A stretch of DNA of 24,505 bases. It comes from Candidatus Babeliales bacterium (lineage in GTDB: Bacteria > Babelota > Babeliae > Babelales > Vermiphilaceae). The stretch lies in contig JBIOKB010000015.1 in the NCBI GenBank assembly GCA_044451405.1, positions 1 to 24,505 of the forward strand, in the 5' to 3' direction. Positions 9,263 through 18,135 of the stretch are shown here, piece by piece (position 1 is the first letter of the stretch; each line of letters begins with the position of its first letter). The position numbers were made by a program, and so were the translations under genes. The notes beneath the pieces were generated by a model. The model had not been told where the DNA came from. It saw nothing but the letters and a program-made list of their open reading frames with translations, and did not search any database.

Positions 9263-9393
9263 AAAGTTCCTTGTTTAATATGTGATAGTGACACCATAGT
9301 AAGAACGAATATGCACATGCAATAGATTGTAATGGGCATTAGTTACGGTATACTTTCAGCGTAATATTAATCATCATTATTATAGTCTTTGGT

Positions 9394-11994
9394 ATGACCC
9401 AGCAATCTTTCGATCACACGCCGTTAATGAAACAGTATCATGCTATTAAGGCACGATATCCTGATGCATTATTATTGTTTCAAGTAGGTGATTTTTACGA
9501 ACTTTTTTTTGAAGATGCAAAGCGTGCAGCAGCATGTTTAGGCATCGCCTTAACAAAGCGGGGCAAAAATAATGGTGAACCTATTCCGCTGTGTGGCGTG
9601 CCGGTGCATACCTTAGATTTTTATCTTGCAAAGTTAATTCGCGTTGGTTTTAATCTTGCAATCTGTGATCAACTTGAAGAACCAAAACCGGGTAAAGTGG
9701 TTGAACGGGGCGTGACCCAAGTATTAACACCAGGAACGCTGACTGATCCTAAATTACTTGATGCCCATTCTGCAAGCTATGTATTATCCTTTTTCCCCCA
9801 TGAAAATCAGTGGGGCTTATTATTTGGTGAACTCTTAACAACCCAATTATGCGCCACCATCATACCAACACCATCTGAAAAATTATTAGAAGCAGAGCTC
9901 GTACGATTTTTTCCTGATGAAGTTGTGTTGCCCGCAACAGCAGGCGGCAAAGAGTTCACCTCCTACTTTAACCGTTCAGGATATAGTACTTCATTGATAG
10001 CCGTTGATGATGCAACTACTACTGCAGCACGTACCTGGATGCACCGATTTGGTGATCAGGTGTATGGGCAGATACAAGCACATGAAGGGCTAGCGCACGC
10101 CATTATTAATTTTTATGCCTACATGCAGACAACGCATGAACAAGCATTGGGGCAGTTTAATCACCTATCACTCTATCAACCAGATGATTTTCTTATCTTA
10201 GATTCTGCGACACAAAAAAATCTTGAACTCATACACAATAGTTACGATGGAACGCGTAATCATACATTACTCCAAGCGATTGATGGAACGGTAACAACGA
10301 TGGGATCGCGTATGATCAAAAAATGGGTTATGCGTCCCTTGGTTGACAAAACTGCTATTGACCATCGTCTTGATGTAGTCGATGCCTATATGCATGATGT
10401 TGCCGGGTTGCAGACTGCAGCAACACTATTTAAATCGTTAGGTGATTGTGAGCGGATTGTTGGCCGTATTGCGCTACGCCGTGCTACTATTCATGATTAT
10501 CGTGCATTAGGTGCTATCCTCGATGTGATCCCTGAAATTATTAACCATATGCGCAGACACCAGCATCTACGGTTGATGCAGGCTATTGCAGTACAGATAC
10601 ATGATTTTGGATTACTCAGGGCATATATGCGGGCAGCGCTTAATGATGATCCAACACAGGAATGGTTAATAAAAAAAGGATTTGACCAGCGCCTTGATGA
10701 GATGCGTACATTAGTTGAATCAGGAACGCAAGCCATTCTTGCTCTTGAAAAACAGGAGCAACAGGCAACGGGTATAGGATCATTAAAAATTCGCTATAAT
10801 CAGGTGCATGGCTATTATATTGAAGTTACTAAAACACATGCAGATGCAATTCCTGATCGCTATATACGGCGGCAGACGTTAGTGGGCCGTGAGCGGTATA
10901 CCACACCAGAACTTGAGAATCTTGAGCATAGATTGCATCAAGCACATCGTGATATTGCACAGGTTGAGCAGGAACTTTTTGCAACAGTAAAACAGGAAGT
11001 TGCATCCCATATACATGGGTTGCGCACATTAGCCCATGCGCTTGCTCATGCTGACGCGTTAATTGGATTAGCACGGGTAGCCTATAATCACGGATATAGA
11101 CGGCCTATGATTGGTACGAGTACCGCGTTATCTATTACCCAAGGACGACATCCGGTTGTTGAGCGCAGTTTATACGTTCCGTTTATTGCTAATGATACAT
11201 ACCTAACTGATGATCACTTGTTATGGATTATTACGGGGCCTAATATGGGGGGTAAATCTACTTACTTACGCCAAGTGGCCCTTATTGCTATCATGGCTCA
11301 CATTGGATCATATGTACCAGCACACGCGGCAACTATTCCTATACTTGACCGTATTTTTACGCGAATCGGGGCAGGTGATAACTTAGCCCAAGGAAAAAGT
11401 ACCTTTTTAGTTGAGATGGAAGAAACAGCAACTATATGTAATTACGCAACGAGCAACTCATTGGTTATTTTAGATGAAGTTGGGCGGGGGACGAGTACCT
11501 TTGATGGGCTTGCGCTTGCCCAGGCTATTGTTGAATATCTGTACACCACGGTGAGAGCTAAGTGCCTCTTTGCCACCCACTACCATGAATTGACTGCCTT
11601 ATCACAACAGTTTCCGGGGATCCAGTCCTATTATGCAGCAAGTAAAAAGAGCCCAAAGGGCATTGTCTTTTTATATGCCATGATTCGCGGGGTAGCCGAT
11701 GGGAGTTTTGGTATTGAGGTAGCCCAACTGGCCCAGCTTCCGCCATCAGTTATTGTACGAGCCCAGGAGATTGTAGATACTTTGAGCGCTGGTCAGGGTT
11801 CGATACCGGTACATCCTGCTGTCCAGGATAGGAGTGGTGAGTGTGAGACCCTACGCACGCAGCTGCGGACTTTAGAGGGGAAAGTGGCCCGCTATGCGGC
11901 CAGAGACCGGCTGTTGCATGCCCTTGATTATAATGAGTTAACCCCTAAGGCTGCCTTTGACTTGCTCTGGCGGTTTAAAGAGGGGGATTTTTAA
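9394..11994 (+). CDS. mutS: DNA mismatch repair protein MutS (MutS1)
   Basis: TPLMKQY, GDFYELFFEDA mismatch-binding motif, TGPNMGGKSTY, STFLVEM, DEVGRGTS, FATHYHEL. Confidence 0.98.
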   Translation: MTQQSFDHTPLMKQYHAIKARYPDALLLFQVGDFYELFFEDAKRAAACLGIALTKRGKNNGEPIPLCGVPVHTLDFYLAKLIRVGFNLAICDQLEEPKPGKVVERGVTQVLTPGTLTDPKLLDAHSASYVLSFFPHENQWGLLFGELLTTQLCATIIPTPSEKLLEAELVRFFPDEVVLPATAGGKEFTSYFNRSGYSTSLIAVDDATTTAARTWMHRFGDQVYGQIQAHEGLAHAIINFYAYMQTTHEQALGQFNHLSLYQPDDFLILDSATQKNLELIHNSYDGTRNHTLLQAIDGTVTTMGSRMIKKWVMRPLVDKTAIDHRLDVVDAYMHDVAGLQTAATLFKSLGDCERIVGRIALRRATIHDYRALGAILDVIPEIINHMRRHQHLRLMQAIAVQIHDFGLLRAYMRAALNDDPTQEWLIKKGFDQRLDEMRTLVESGTQAILALEKQEQQATGIGSLKIRYNQVHGYYIEVTKTHADAIPDRYIRRQTLVGRERYTTPELENLEHRLHQAHRDIAQVEQELFATVKQEVASHIHGLRTLAHALAHADALIGLARVAYNHGYRRPMIGTSTALSITQGRHPVVERSLYVPFIANDTYLTDDHLLWIITGPNMGGKSTYLRQVALIAIMAHIGSYVPAHAATIPILDRIFTRIGAGDNLAQGKSTFLVEMEETATICNYATSNSLVILDEVGRGTSTFDGLALAQAIVEYLYTTVRAKCLFATHYHELTALSQQFPGIQSYYAASKKSPKGIVFLYAMIRGVADGSFGIEVAQLAQLPPSVIVRAQEIVDTLSAGQGSIPVHPAVQDRSGECETLRTQLRTLEGKVARYAARDRLLHALDYNELTPKAAFDLLWRFKEGDF

Positions 11995-12111
11995 GGCTTA
12001 CGCTTTACTAAAACCAGTTCTTTGTTAAACTATAAAAACTACTTTTTAAAGCCCCTGTTTTAAAAAAATCAGATAATATCCAGTTTCCATCAACCTATAG
12101 GAATATACTAA

Positions 12112-12453
12112 ATGGAAGACACTAAAAATCTTAATGCTACCTACGAACAATATGCTATTTTTGCTACCGGCGGTAAGCAATACCAAGCAGTTCCGGGTAA
12201 AACCATTGCGGTAGAAAAAATCGACGGCCAAGCGGGAACTTCAGTAGAATTTAATGAAGTTTTATTTCGTAAGACGGCTGAAGGTACCTTTGAAGTTGGT
12301 ACTCCGTTCCTTAAAACAGGAATTAAGGCGTCTATCGTAAAACAAATACGTGAACCAAAGATTATCGTATTTAAGTTTAAACGTCGTAAAAAAGCGCGCC
12401 GCAAACAAGGGCATCGTCAACATAAGACGGTTATTCGTATTGAAGCGATATAA
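12112..12453 (+). CDS. rplU: 50S ribosomal protein L21
   Basis: YAIFATGGKQY...KIIVFKFKRRK...QGHRQ..T.IRI. Confidence 0.97.
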   Translation: MEDTKNLNATYEQYAIFATGGKQYQAVPGKTIAVEKIDGQAGTSVEFNEVLFRKTAEGTFEVGTPFLKTGIKASIVKQIREPKIIVFKFKRRKKARRKQGHRQHKTVIRIEAI

Positions 12454-12471
12454 CTCTAAACACAAGAAATT

Positions 12472-12510
12472 AAAACAGGCGAAAGCTATTCAGTTCGCGC
12501 CTGTTTTTTT
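12472..12510 (+). terminator. Rho-independent terminator after rplU
   Basis: AAAACAGGCG...CGCCTGTTTTTTT. Confidence 0.8.
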
Positions 12511-12555
12511 GTATATGCGAAAATTTAACATATAAAATTAACACAATTTAAACTC

Positions 12556-12667
12556 CCGTTCGTCCTTGATACTTCGATACGCTATCGCTACTCAGTAGTA
12601 AACGCAACCCTTCCTAAGTCGCCTTTAGTCCTGAGCCTGTCGAAGGGTTGTCGAGGGATACGAACGG
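12556..12667. repeat. Nested palindromic REP/MITE-like element
   Basis: Outer inverted repeat CCGTTCGT (12556-63) / ACGAACGG (12660-67); inner CTTCGA..CTCAG pairs with CTGAG..TCGAAG; contains GTCCTGAGCCTGTCGAAGGG. Only one copy in this window. Confidence 0.6.
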
Positions 12668-12683
12668 ATGCGAAAAGAACACC

Positions 12684-13409
12684 ATGCTTATATATATTCC
12701 CCTTCTCCTCCTTCTCACCTTCCCTCTCTACCCATCGCACCATTTTCCTGTCTCTCGGCCAGAGATTGATCATCGAATTCGATTGGAAGAAAACCAAGTA
12801 TTAAAAGCTAAAATTAAGTTATTAGAAGCGCAGCTTGATAAAGCGCCAGAAGAAGTTATCAAAAAGCATAGCGATGAGGTAAGGAGCACTGCAACAGATA
12901 TGTTGTTTGTGCTTTCACTAGTAACAGAGCAGGACGTGCGTATTGAAGATATTGATTTTTGTATGACACATAATGCTGATGTAAATGCGTTAGATGAAGA
13001 TGAGATGCCGCCATTATTTCATGCAGTACAATGCAATATAACATTGGTGCGTGAGTTGATTCGCGCAGGTGCTGATATAGATTATGCTACTCAAACTTCC
13101 CTAGGATATGATACAACAGCTCTTGTATTAGCAGATAAAGGACGTAATGTTGATACTCCCGCGATTGCTATTTTACTTGAAGCAGGAGCAACGTTCCCAA
13201 AAGCGTACCGGTGGCTCTGGGATGATAGAATGACTGCTCATCGGCAAACATTAATTGATACCATTGATGAAACGCATCTGTTACCAACTATTCTATCAGT
13301 TATAGTGGTAAATTATGCCTTTGGTAAGCCGCCAAAAATAAATCCTGAAACTGAGGAAGAGTATTATTCAGATGATGAGGTGGATGAGGTAAGCAAAGAT
13401 TCCCAATGA
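12684..13409 (+). CDS. Secreted ankyrin-repeat protein with acidic tail
   Basis: Likely start MLIYIPLLLL (12684). ANK-like segments HNADVNALDEDEMPPLFHAV, LVRELIRAGADID, TALVLA...ILLEAGA. Confidence 0.82.
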   Translation: MLIYIPLLLLLTFPLYPSHHFPVSRPEIDHRIRLEENQVLKAKIKLLEAQLDKAPEEVIKKHSDEVRSTATDMLFVLSLVTEQDVRIEDIDFCMTHNADVNALDEDEMPPLFHAVQCNITLVRELIRAGADIDYATQTSLGYDTTALVLADKGRNVDTPAIAILLEAGATFPKAYRWLWDDRMTAHRQTLIDTIDETHLLPTILSVIVVNYAFGKPPKINPETEEEYYSDDEVDEVSKDSQ

Positions 13410-13440
13410 AAAAGGCGCCACATAATGGCGCCCAACTTTT
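13410..13440. terminator. Terminator hairpin between convergent genes
   Basis: GGCGCCA-CATAA-TGGCGCC with an A-tract on the left and a short T-tract on the right. Confidence 0.65.
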
Positions 13441-13457
13441 ATCGAGTGTTACTTTTT

Positions 13458-13973
13458 TTATGCATTACCGTGACGTTGAGCTGCAAATACTCTTTCCCAA
13501 TATGCAGCTTTTACTGCACGACGATCTTTAAGTGATTGTGGCATGCGTGATATATCACATGGAAATCTACCTTCGATAGCCCCTTCTTCGCGACCATCTA
13601 CATAAATACGTACGGTAGATCTAATATCTGTTTGCGCAGAAGTTCCATTTTTGTAATCAGTGTAGTGCAGTGTTGCTTTTGTGGTATGTATTGAGCCGTC
13701 ATGATCTTTACTATAACTAACTACAGTTCGTGATACATACTTTGTGCCGTCTTCTGTATCGAGTGGATATCCGCCTTCACATCCGCAAATATGCCGTGTT
13801 TCTTCATCCCATGAATCACCAGCTTTTTTGCTTTTAGCGTACTTAGATGTGTATTTTGTAAGCATACTGTGCATTAATTTTTTTTCGGCATCATCTGCTG
13901 GAACTTTTTGTGTCCAATCAGCAGCATGGATACCAATGCTCGTAAGTGCGATGAGTGCATAGACCATTTTCAT
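13458..13973 (-). CDS. Hypothetical secreted protein
   Basis: Start MKMVYALIAL behind an AGGAG SD; signal peptide; no family recognised. Confidence 0.7.
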   Translation of the reverse strand: MKMVYALIALTSIGIHAADWTQKVPADDAEKKLMHSMLTKYTSKYAKSKKAGDSWDEETRHICGCEGGYPLDTEDGTKYVSRTVVSYSKDHDGSIHTTKATLHYTDYKNGTSAQTDIRSTVRIYVDGREEGAIEGRFPCDISRMPQSLKDRRAVKAAYWERVFAAQRHGNA

Positions 13974-14061
13974 GAAATACTCCTGTAAGTTAATGATTAA
14001 TAATGGTTGTACATGCATATCAGTATAACGCGGTAGAAAATGATGAGCAATACGGGCTTTT

Positions 14062-14703
14062 TTATAGTTTTGCTACCCGCTCCAATTGCTTATTTAGTCC
14101 AGCACAGATCATTTTATCATTTTGTTGAATAATATACTCAGGATCAATAGGCATGATGCGATCAGCATCTTTGAGCCCAATGCAGTGGACGTGATACATA
14201 TGATATACATCAAGTTGTTGTAATGTTTTACCAATAAAAGCTTCGGGTGCCGTTATTTGGGAGATTGAAAAATCTTTGCTCAGGCGTAAGAGTTCCGTAA
14301 ACGGGCTGCTTAAGTTATCCGCTAAGCGAATGCCAATCTCTTTTTCCGGTAAAATAACCTGATCAGCGCCGGTTAATTGTAAAATTTCTTTGTGTATATC
14401 ATTAATAGCACGCGCAATAACGCGTTTAATTTTAAGCCGTTTTTTAAGCAATGCCGTTACTAAAATAGATTGGGCAAAGTTTTCCCCCATTGCAACAATG
14501 ACGGTGTCCATTTCTTCAACACCTAAAGATCGTAGGGAACCTTCATCAGTCACCCGCATGCAGACTGCTTGTGTTACCTGATCTCGGATAGATGCTACAA
14601 TAGATTCATTGCTATCAATGGCCATGACTTCCATGCCATTTTCTGCAAGTACGGTTGCTACTTGATAACCAAAGCGACCAAGACCAATAACACAAAATTT
14701 CAT
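14062..14703 (-). CDS. ktrA: Ktr/Trk potassium uptake regulatory subunit (KtrA/TrkA, RCK domain)
   Basis: VIGLGRFG nucleotide-binding motif, RCK-N plus RCK-C, 213 aa, adjacent to the membrane subunit. Confidence 0.9.
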   Translation of the reverse strand: MKFCVIGLGRFGYQVATVLAENGMEVMAIDSNESIVASIRDQVTQAVCMRVTDEGSLRSLGVEEMDTVIVAMGENFAQSILVTALLKKRLKIKRVIARAINDIHKEILQLTGADQVILPEKEIGIRLADNLSSPFTELLRLSKDFSISQITAPEAFIGKTLQQLDVYHMYHVHCIGLKDADRIMPIDPEYIIQQNDKMICAGLNKQLERVAKL

Positions 14704-14715
14704 GGGTATCCTTTA

Positions 14716-16065
14716 TTAGCTTAATATGACTCGTTCTTCTGGGTATGAAAATTCGGTGCCACCGTCAACTTTTTTACGGTAGGTGAGCGTGCGTAAAATG
14801 AAGATGAGGGCCAGTGATCCGATACGCCCTACAATCATGCTTGTAATGATAAACAATTTTCCTAACCACGATAAGGAAGCAGTAATATCAGTTGAAACAC
14901 CCAAGGTTACAAAGGCTGACAGTGATTCAAACATAATATCAAAGAATGTTTTATTACGTTCACTTAATAAAAGACAAAAGGTAGTAAGCGCAATCCAACA
15001 ACCACTCAGCGATACAATGGCAATAGTTTTGTATACTTGATCTTTTGCTATAGTGCGTCCTTTAATTTCAACTGCAGCTCTTCCAATAATTGCGGTATAT
15101 ATAATGGCACAATAAATGGCAAGCGAGGTTATTTTTATACCACTACCTGTTGATCCTGGAGAAGCGCCGATAAATGAAAGTACCATCATGAGAAAAATGC
15201 TTGCTTGTTGTAAGTCGCCCATTTCAACCGTCATAAATCCTGATCCACGAAATGAGGTAACATAAAAAAGAGCATTGGTAAGCATTAACAGCGGTGATTG
15301 ATGCTGGAGAATATTCCCATGTTCAATGATCCAAAACAATATGAGGGACGTCAGCAGCAAAACAGTAGTGCCATACACAATAATTTTGTTGTGTAATGAC
15401 AGTGTATATCTACGGCCGCTTAATCGAGCAGCACTATAATGAATAAGTTCATGCCAGGTAACAAATCCTAATCCACCAGCAAGCATTAAAAATGTGGTAG
15501 TAAGAAGCATAATATAGCTAGTGCTATACGGCTCCATGCCGTGAGGAAACAAAGTAATTCCCGCATTACAAAAAGCAGACACCGCGTGAAAGAGTGAATA
15601 GAACAAGGCTTGTCCTAAGGGAAACTCGGTATGTACGACAGAAAAAATACAGATCATACCAATAAGCTCAGTGAATAACGTTACGAGTATAATAAATATG
15701 ATGAAGTTTTTTATGTTTTTCCATGTTTCAAATTCAAGCAGTTGTCCTGCCAGCAGTTGCGTTGCAAAACCAAAATCAATAAGGAGTGACATTAAAAAAA
15801 TGGTAAGGGTAATGATACCAAGGCCACCAATTTGGATGAGTGTAAGGATGATGCCGTGCCCGATAGGAGTAAAACTATCAAGAGGGATAGTAAAAAGCCC
15901 CGTAACACAGGTTGCAGATGTTGCGGTGAATAAGAGATCAATGAGCGAAAGTTCTTGAGTGCGGGCAATAGGAAGTGCAAGAGCTGCAGCACCTATAATA
16001 ATAGCTGCTAGGACCGATATGATGACCAATGCTGCAGGTGAAAAACGTGACAAACCAGTACGCAT
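14716..16065 (-). CDS. ktrB: Ktr/Trk potassium uptake membrane subunit (KtrB/TrkH)
   Basis: FTATSATCVTGL, LIQIGGLG, SAFCNAG, FIGASPGSTGSGIK, SAFVTLG, GRIG pore-loop motifs. Confidence 0.92.
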   Translation of the reverse strand: MRTGLSRFSPAALVIISVLAAIIIGAAALALPIARTQELSLIDLLFTATSATCVTGLFTIPLDSFTPIGHGIILTLIQIGGLGIITLTIFLMSLLIDFGFATQLLAGQLLEFETWKNIKNFIIFIILVTLFTELIGMICIFSVVHTEFPLGQALFYSLFHAVSAFCNAGITLFPHGMEPYSTSYIMLLTTTFLMLAGGLGFVTWHELIHYSAARLSGRRYTLSLHNKIIVYGTTVLLLTSLILFWIIEHGNILQHQSPLLMLTNALFYVTSFRGSGFMTVEMGDLQQASIFLMMVLSFIGASPGSTGSGIKITSLAIYCAIIYTAIIGRAAVEIKGRTIAKDQVYKTIAIVSLSGCWIALTTFCLLLSERNKTFFDIMFESLSAFVTLGVSTDITASLSWLGKLFIITSMIVGRIGSLALIFILRTLTYRKKVDGGTEFSYPEERVILS

Positions 16066-16078
16066 ACTCTCCTTTTAT

Positions 16079-16672
16079 TTATATTAATTGAGCAAGTATA
16101 AAAATAATAATAATGAGTAGGCTCAATCCTACTAGGATCGTAAAGAAGCGGTCAATAAAATCCTTTACCTGTTGCCCCCATCGATGTACCAACCAGGCAA
16201 CTCCATAAAAACGTACCCCACGGGTGATGATTGAACAGATAATAAAGGGAACAAGAGATACCGAACAAAATCCTGCAACTAACGTGGCAGCCTTGTAGGG
16301 AATAGGGCTAAAACCGGCAACTAATAACGCGATCCAGGCATGTTCTTGAAATTGTATACACAAATGCTCAAAGGTTGCAGGTGCCATGACGTACTGTACA
16401 TAGCGATTATACATGATGCTATTTCCTAGATAGAACCACAGAGCAAAACCGATGATGTATGATGCAAGTGCGCCAGCAACAGAAGAAAGAACTGCTATGG
16501 TTGCATAGCGCCAGGCATGCGTACGCCGTTCTAAGCAGTAAAGGACAAACATAGGATCGACGGGGAAGAAAATAATAGCTTCGATAAAAAAGAGAGATGC
16601 AAGAATTGAAGATGCGTAGCGGGAATGCGCTTGCGCGCTCATCCAATCATACATAACGCGAAATGCTTGCAT
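16079..16672 (-). CDS. YqaA/DedA family membrane protein
   Basis: FIEAIIFFPVD, SVAGALASYIIG, AGFSPIPYK, SIITRGVRF. Confidence 0.88.
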   Translation of the reverse strand: MQAFRVMYDWMSAQAHSRYASSILASLFFIEAIIFFPVDPMFVLYCLERRTHAWRYATIAVLSSVAGALASYIIGFALWFYLGNSIMYNRYVQYVMAPATFEHLCIQFQEHAWIALLVAGFSPIPYKAATLVAGFCSVSLVPFIICSIITRGVRFYGVAWLVHRWGQQVKDFIDRFFTILVGLSLLIIIIFILAQLI

Positions 16673-16678
16673 GCTATT

Positions 16679-18001
16679 CTACTTTCGTAGATAATCGCGT
16701 ACGTACCCAACTACTTGATCAATTGAAATTCGCTCTTGTGCAGTGGTATCGCGATTACGTACCGTGACGCGCTGATCCTGCTCGCTATCAAAATCATAGG
16801 TAAAGCAGAGCGGTGTGCCTATCTCATCTTGACGTCGGTAGCGTTTACCAATAGATCCTGATTCATCAAATTGTACGTTGAACCCTTCCTTTTTGCAGGC
16901 AAGATACAGTGCGTGCATTGGTTCAGATTGCTGTTTTGTGAGCGGTAAAAATGCAGCCTTAATTGGCGCAACGCGTGGTGCAAGGCGAAGTACAACGCGT
17001 GCTTCACCCTCTACAACATCTTCAGCATAGGCATCAAAGAGGAGTGTTAGAAAGAGTCGATCAACCCCAACGGAGCATTCAACTACGGTTGGTATATACG
17101 ATGTTTTTGTTTCCTCATCAAACACCGCAAGATCTTTTTTAGAATAGGTTGTATGTTGTGTTAAATCGAACGTACCACGATGTGCAAGGCCTTCAAGTTC
17201 TTTCCAACCAAAAGGGAATTCATATTCAACATCAGAGCACATGGTTGAATAATGGGCAAGTTCGTTTGTTTCATGCGGTCGAATGCGTATTTTGTTCATA
17301 TCAAGGCCGATAGTTTTATAAAAGTCTAAACGCGCCTTGGTCCACGTATTAAAATCCTGCAATGAAGTTTCACCTTTACAAAACCATTCAATTTCCATCT
17401 GTTCAAATTCACGCATTCTAAATAAAAACTGTTTTGGCGTAATTTCATTACGAAACGCTTTACCAATTTGCGCGATACCAAATGGCATTTTAACGCGAGA
17501 AGTTGAAAGCACATTTTTAAAATTTACAAAAATAGCTTGCGCTGTTTCTGGCCGTAGATAAGCGATAGATGATTGTTCAGCAGCTGCACCAACGTGGGTT
17601 TGAAACATCATGTTAAATTGACGTACTTCAGTCCAGACTTTTTTACCACAATGAGGACACGCTTTATTAAAATCCATGCTGCCATCATCAGCGCGGTACC
17701 GGTGTTTACAATTTAAGCAATCAACCATAGGGTCATTAAAATTTTGTACGTGACCCGATGCTTCCCACTCAATATGGGGCCCCAAGATGGCACCTTCTAT
17801 AAAAACAACTTCGCCCGGTGCTTGGTGCATTGATTCAGTCCAGAGTGCGCGAATGTTCTGTTTTAATAGAGTTCCTAACGGTCCAAAGTCATATACCCCA
17901 TTAAGTCCACCATAAATTTCAGCTGATGGATATACAAAGCCGCGCCGTTTACACAGGGCGACTAATTTTTCAAGAGTAACGGTGGAAGATGGGGAACTCA
18001 T
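16679..18001 (-). CDS. glyQS: Glycine--tRNA ligase, alpha2 (homodimeric) type
   Basis: LCKRRGFVYPSAEIYGG, YLRPETAQ, GKAFRNEITP, FRMREFEQMEIE, SIGKRYRRQDEIGTP anticodon-binding domain. Confidence 0.96.
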   Translation of the reverse strand: MSSPSSTVTLEKLVALCKRRGFVYPSAEIYGGLNGVYDFGPLGTLLKQNIRALWTESMHQAPGEVVFIEGAILGPHIEWEASGHVQNFNDPMVDCLNCKHRYRADDGSMDFNKACPHCGKKVWTEVRQFNMMFQTHVGAAAEQSSIAYLRPETAQAIFVNFKNVLSTSRVKMPFGIAQIGKAFRNEITPKQFLFRMREFEQMEIEWFCKGETSLQDFNTWTKARLDFYKTIGLDMNKIRIRPHETNELAHYSTMCSDVEYEFPFGWKELEGLAHRGTFDLTQHTTYSKKDLAVFDEETKTSYIPTVVECSVGVDRLFLTLLFDAYAEDVVEGEARVVLRLAPRVAPIKAAFLPLTKQQSEPMHALYLACKKEGFNVQFDESGSIGKRYRRQDEIGTPLCFTYDFDSEQDQRVTVRNRDTTAQERISIDQVVGYVRDYLRK

Positions 18002-18135
18002 GGGTTTGGCCTTACTAATAATCGTGAAACGTATATATGGATCACATTAGATTAATCGGTTCGTAATTTTTAGCAATTTCGGTAATATAGACGGAAGTCG
18101 TTTATTAACCGAAATTTTAAAAAGGGGTCTCACGT

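Noticed and set aside
8775-9278. 167-aa plus-strand ORF
   Set aside because: Antisense shadow of the S74 fibre gene, with no independent coding signal.
11700-11994. GC-richer 3' end of mutS as a possible recombined patch or insertion
   Set aside because: The reading frame and the C-terminal TPKAAFDLL motif are normal for MutS, and the composition shift cannot be quantified by eye.
12588-12797. 69-aa minus-strand ORF containing PFDRLRT
   Set aside because: Translation of the palindromic element and antisense of the ankyrin gene.
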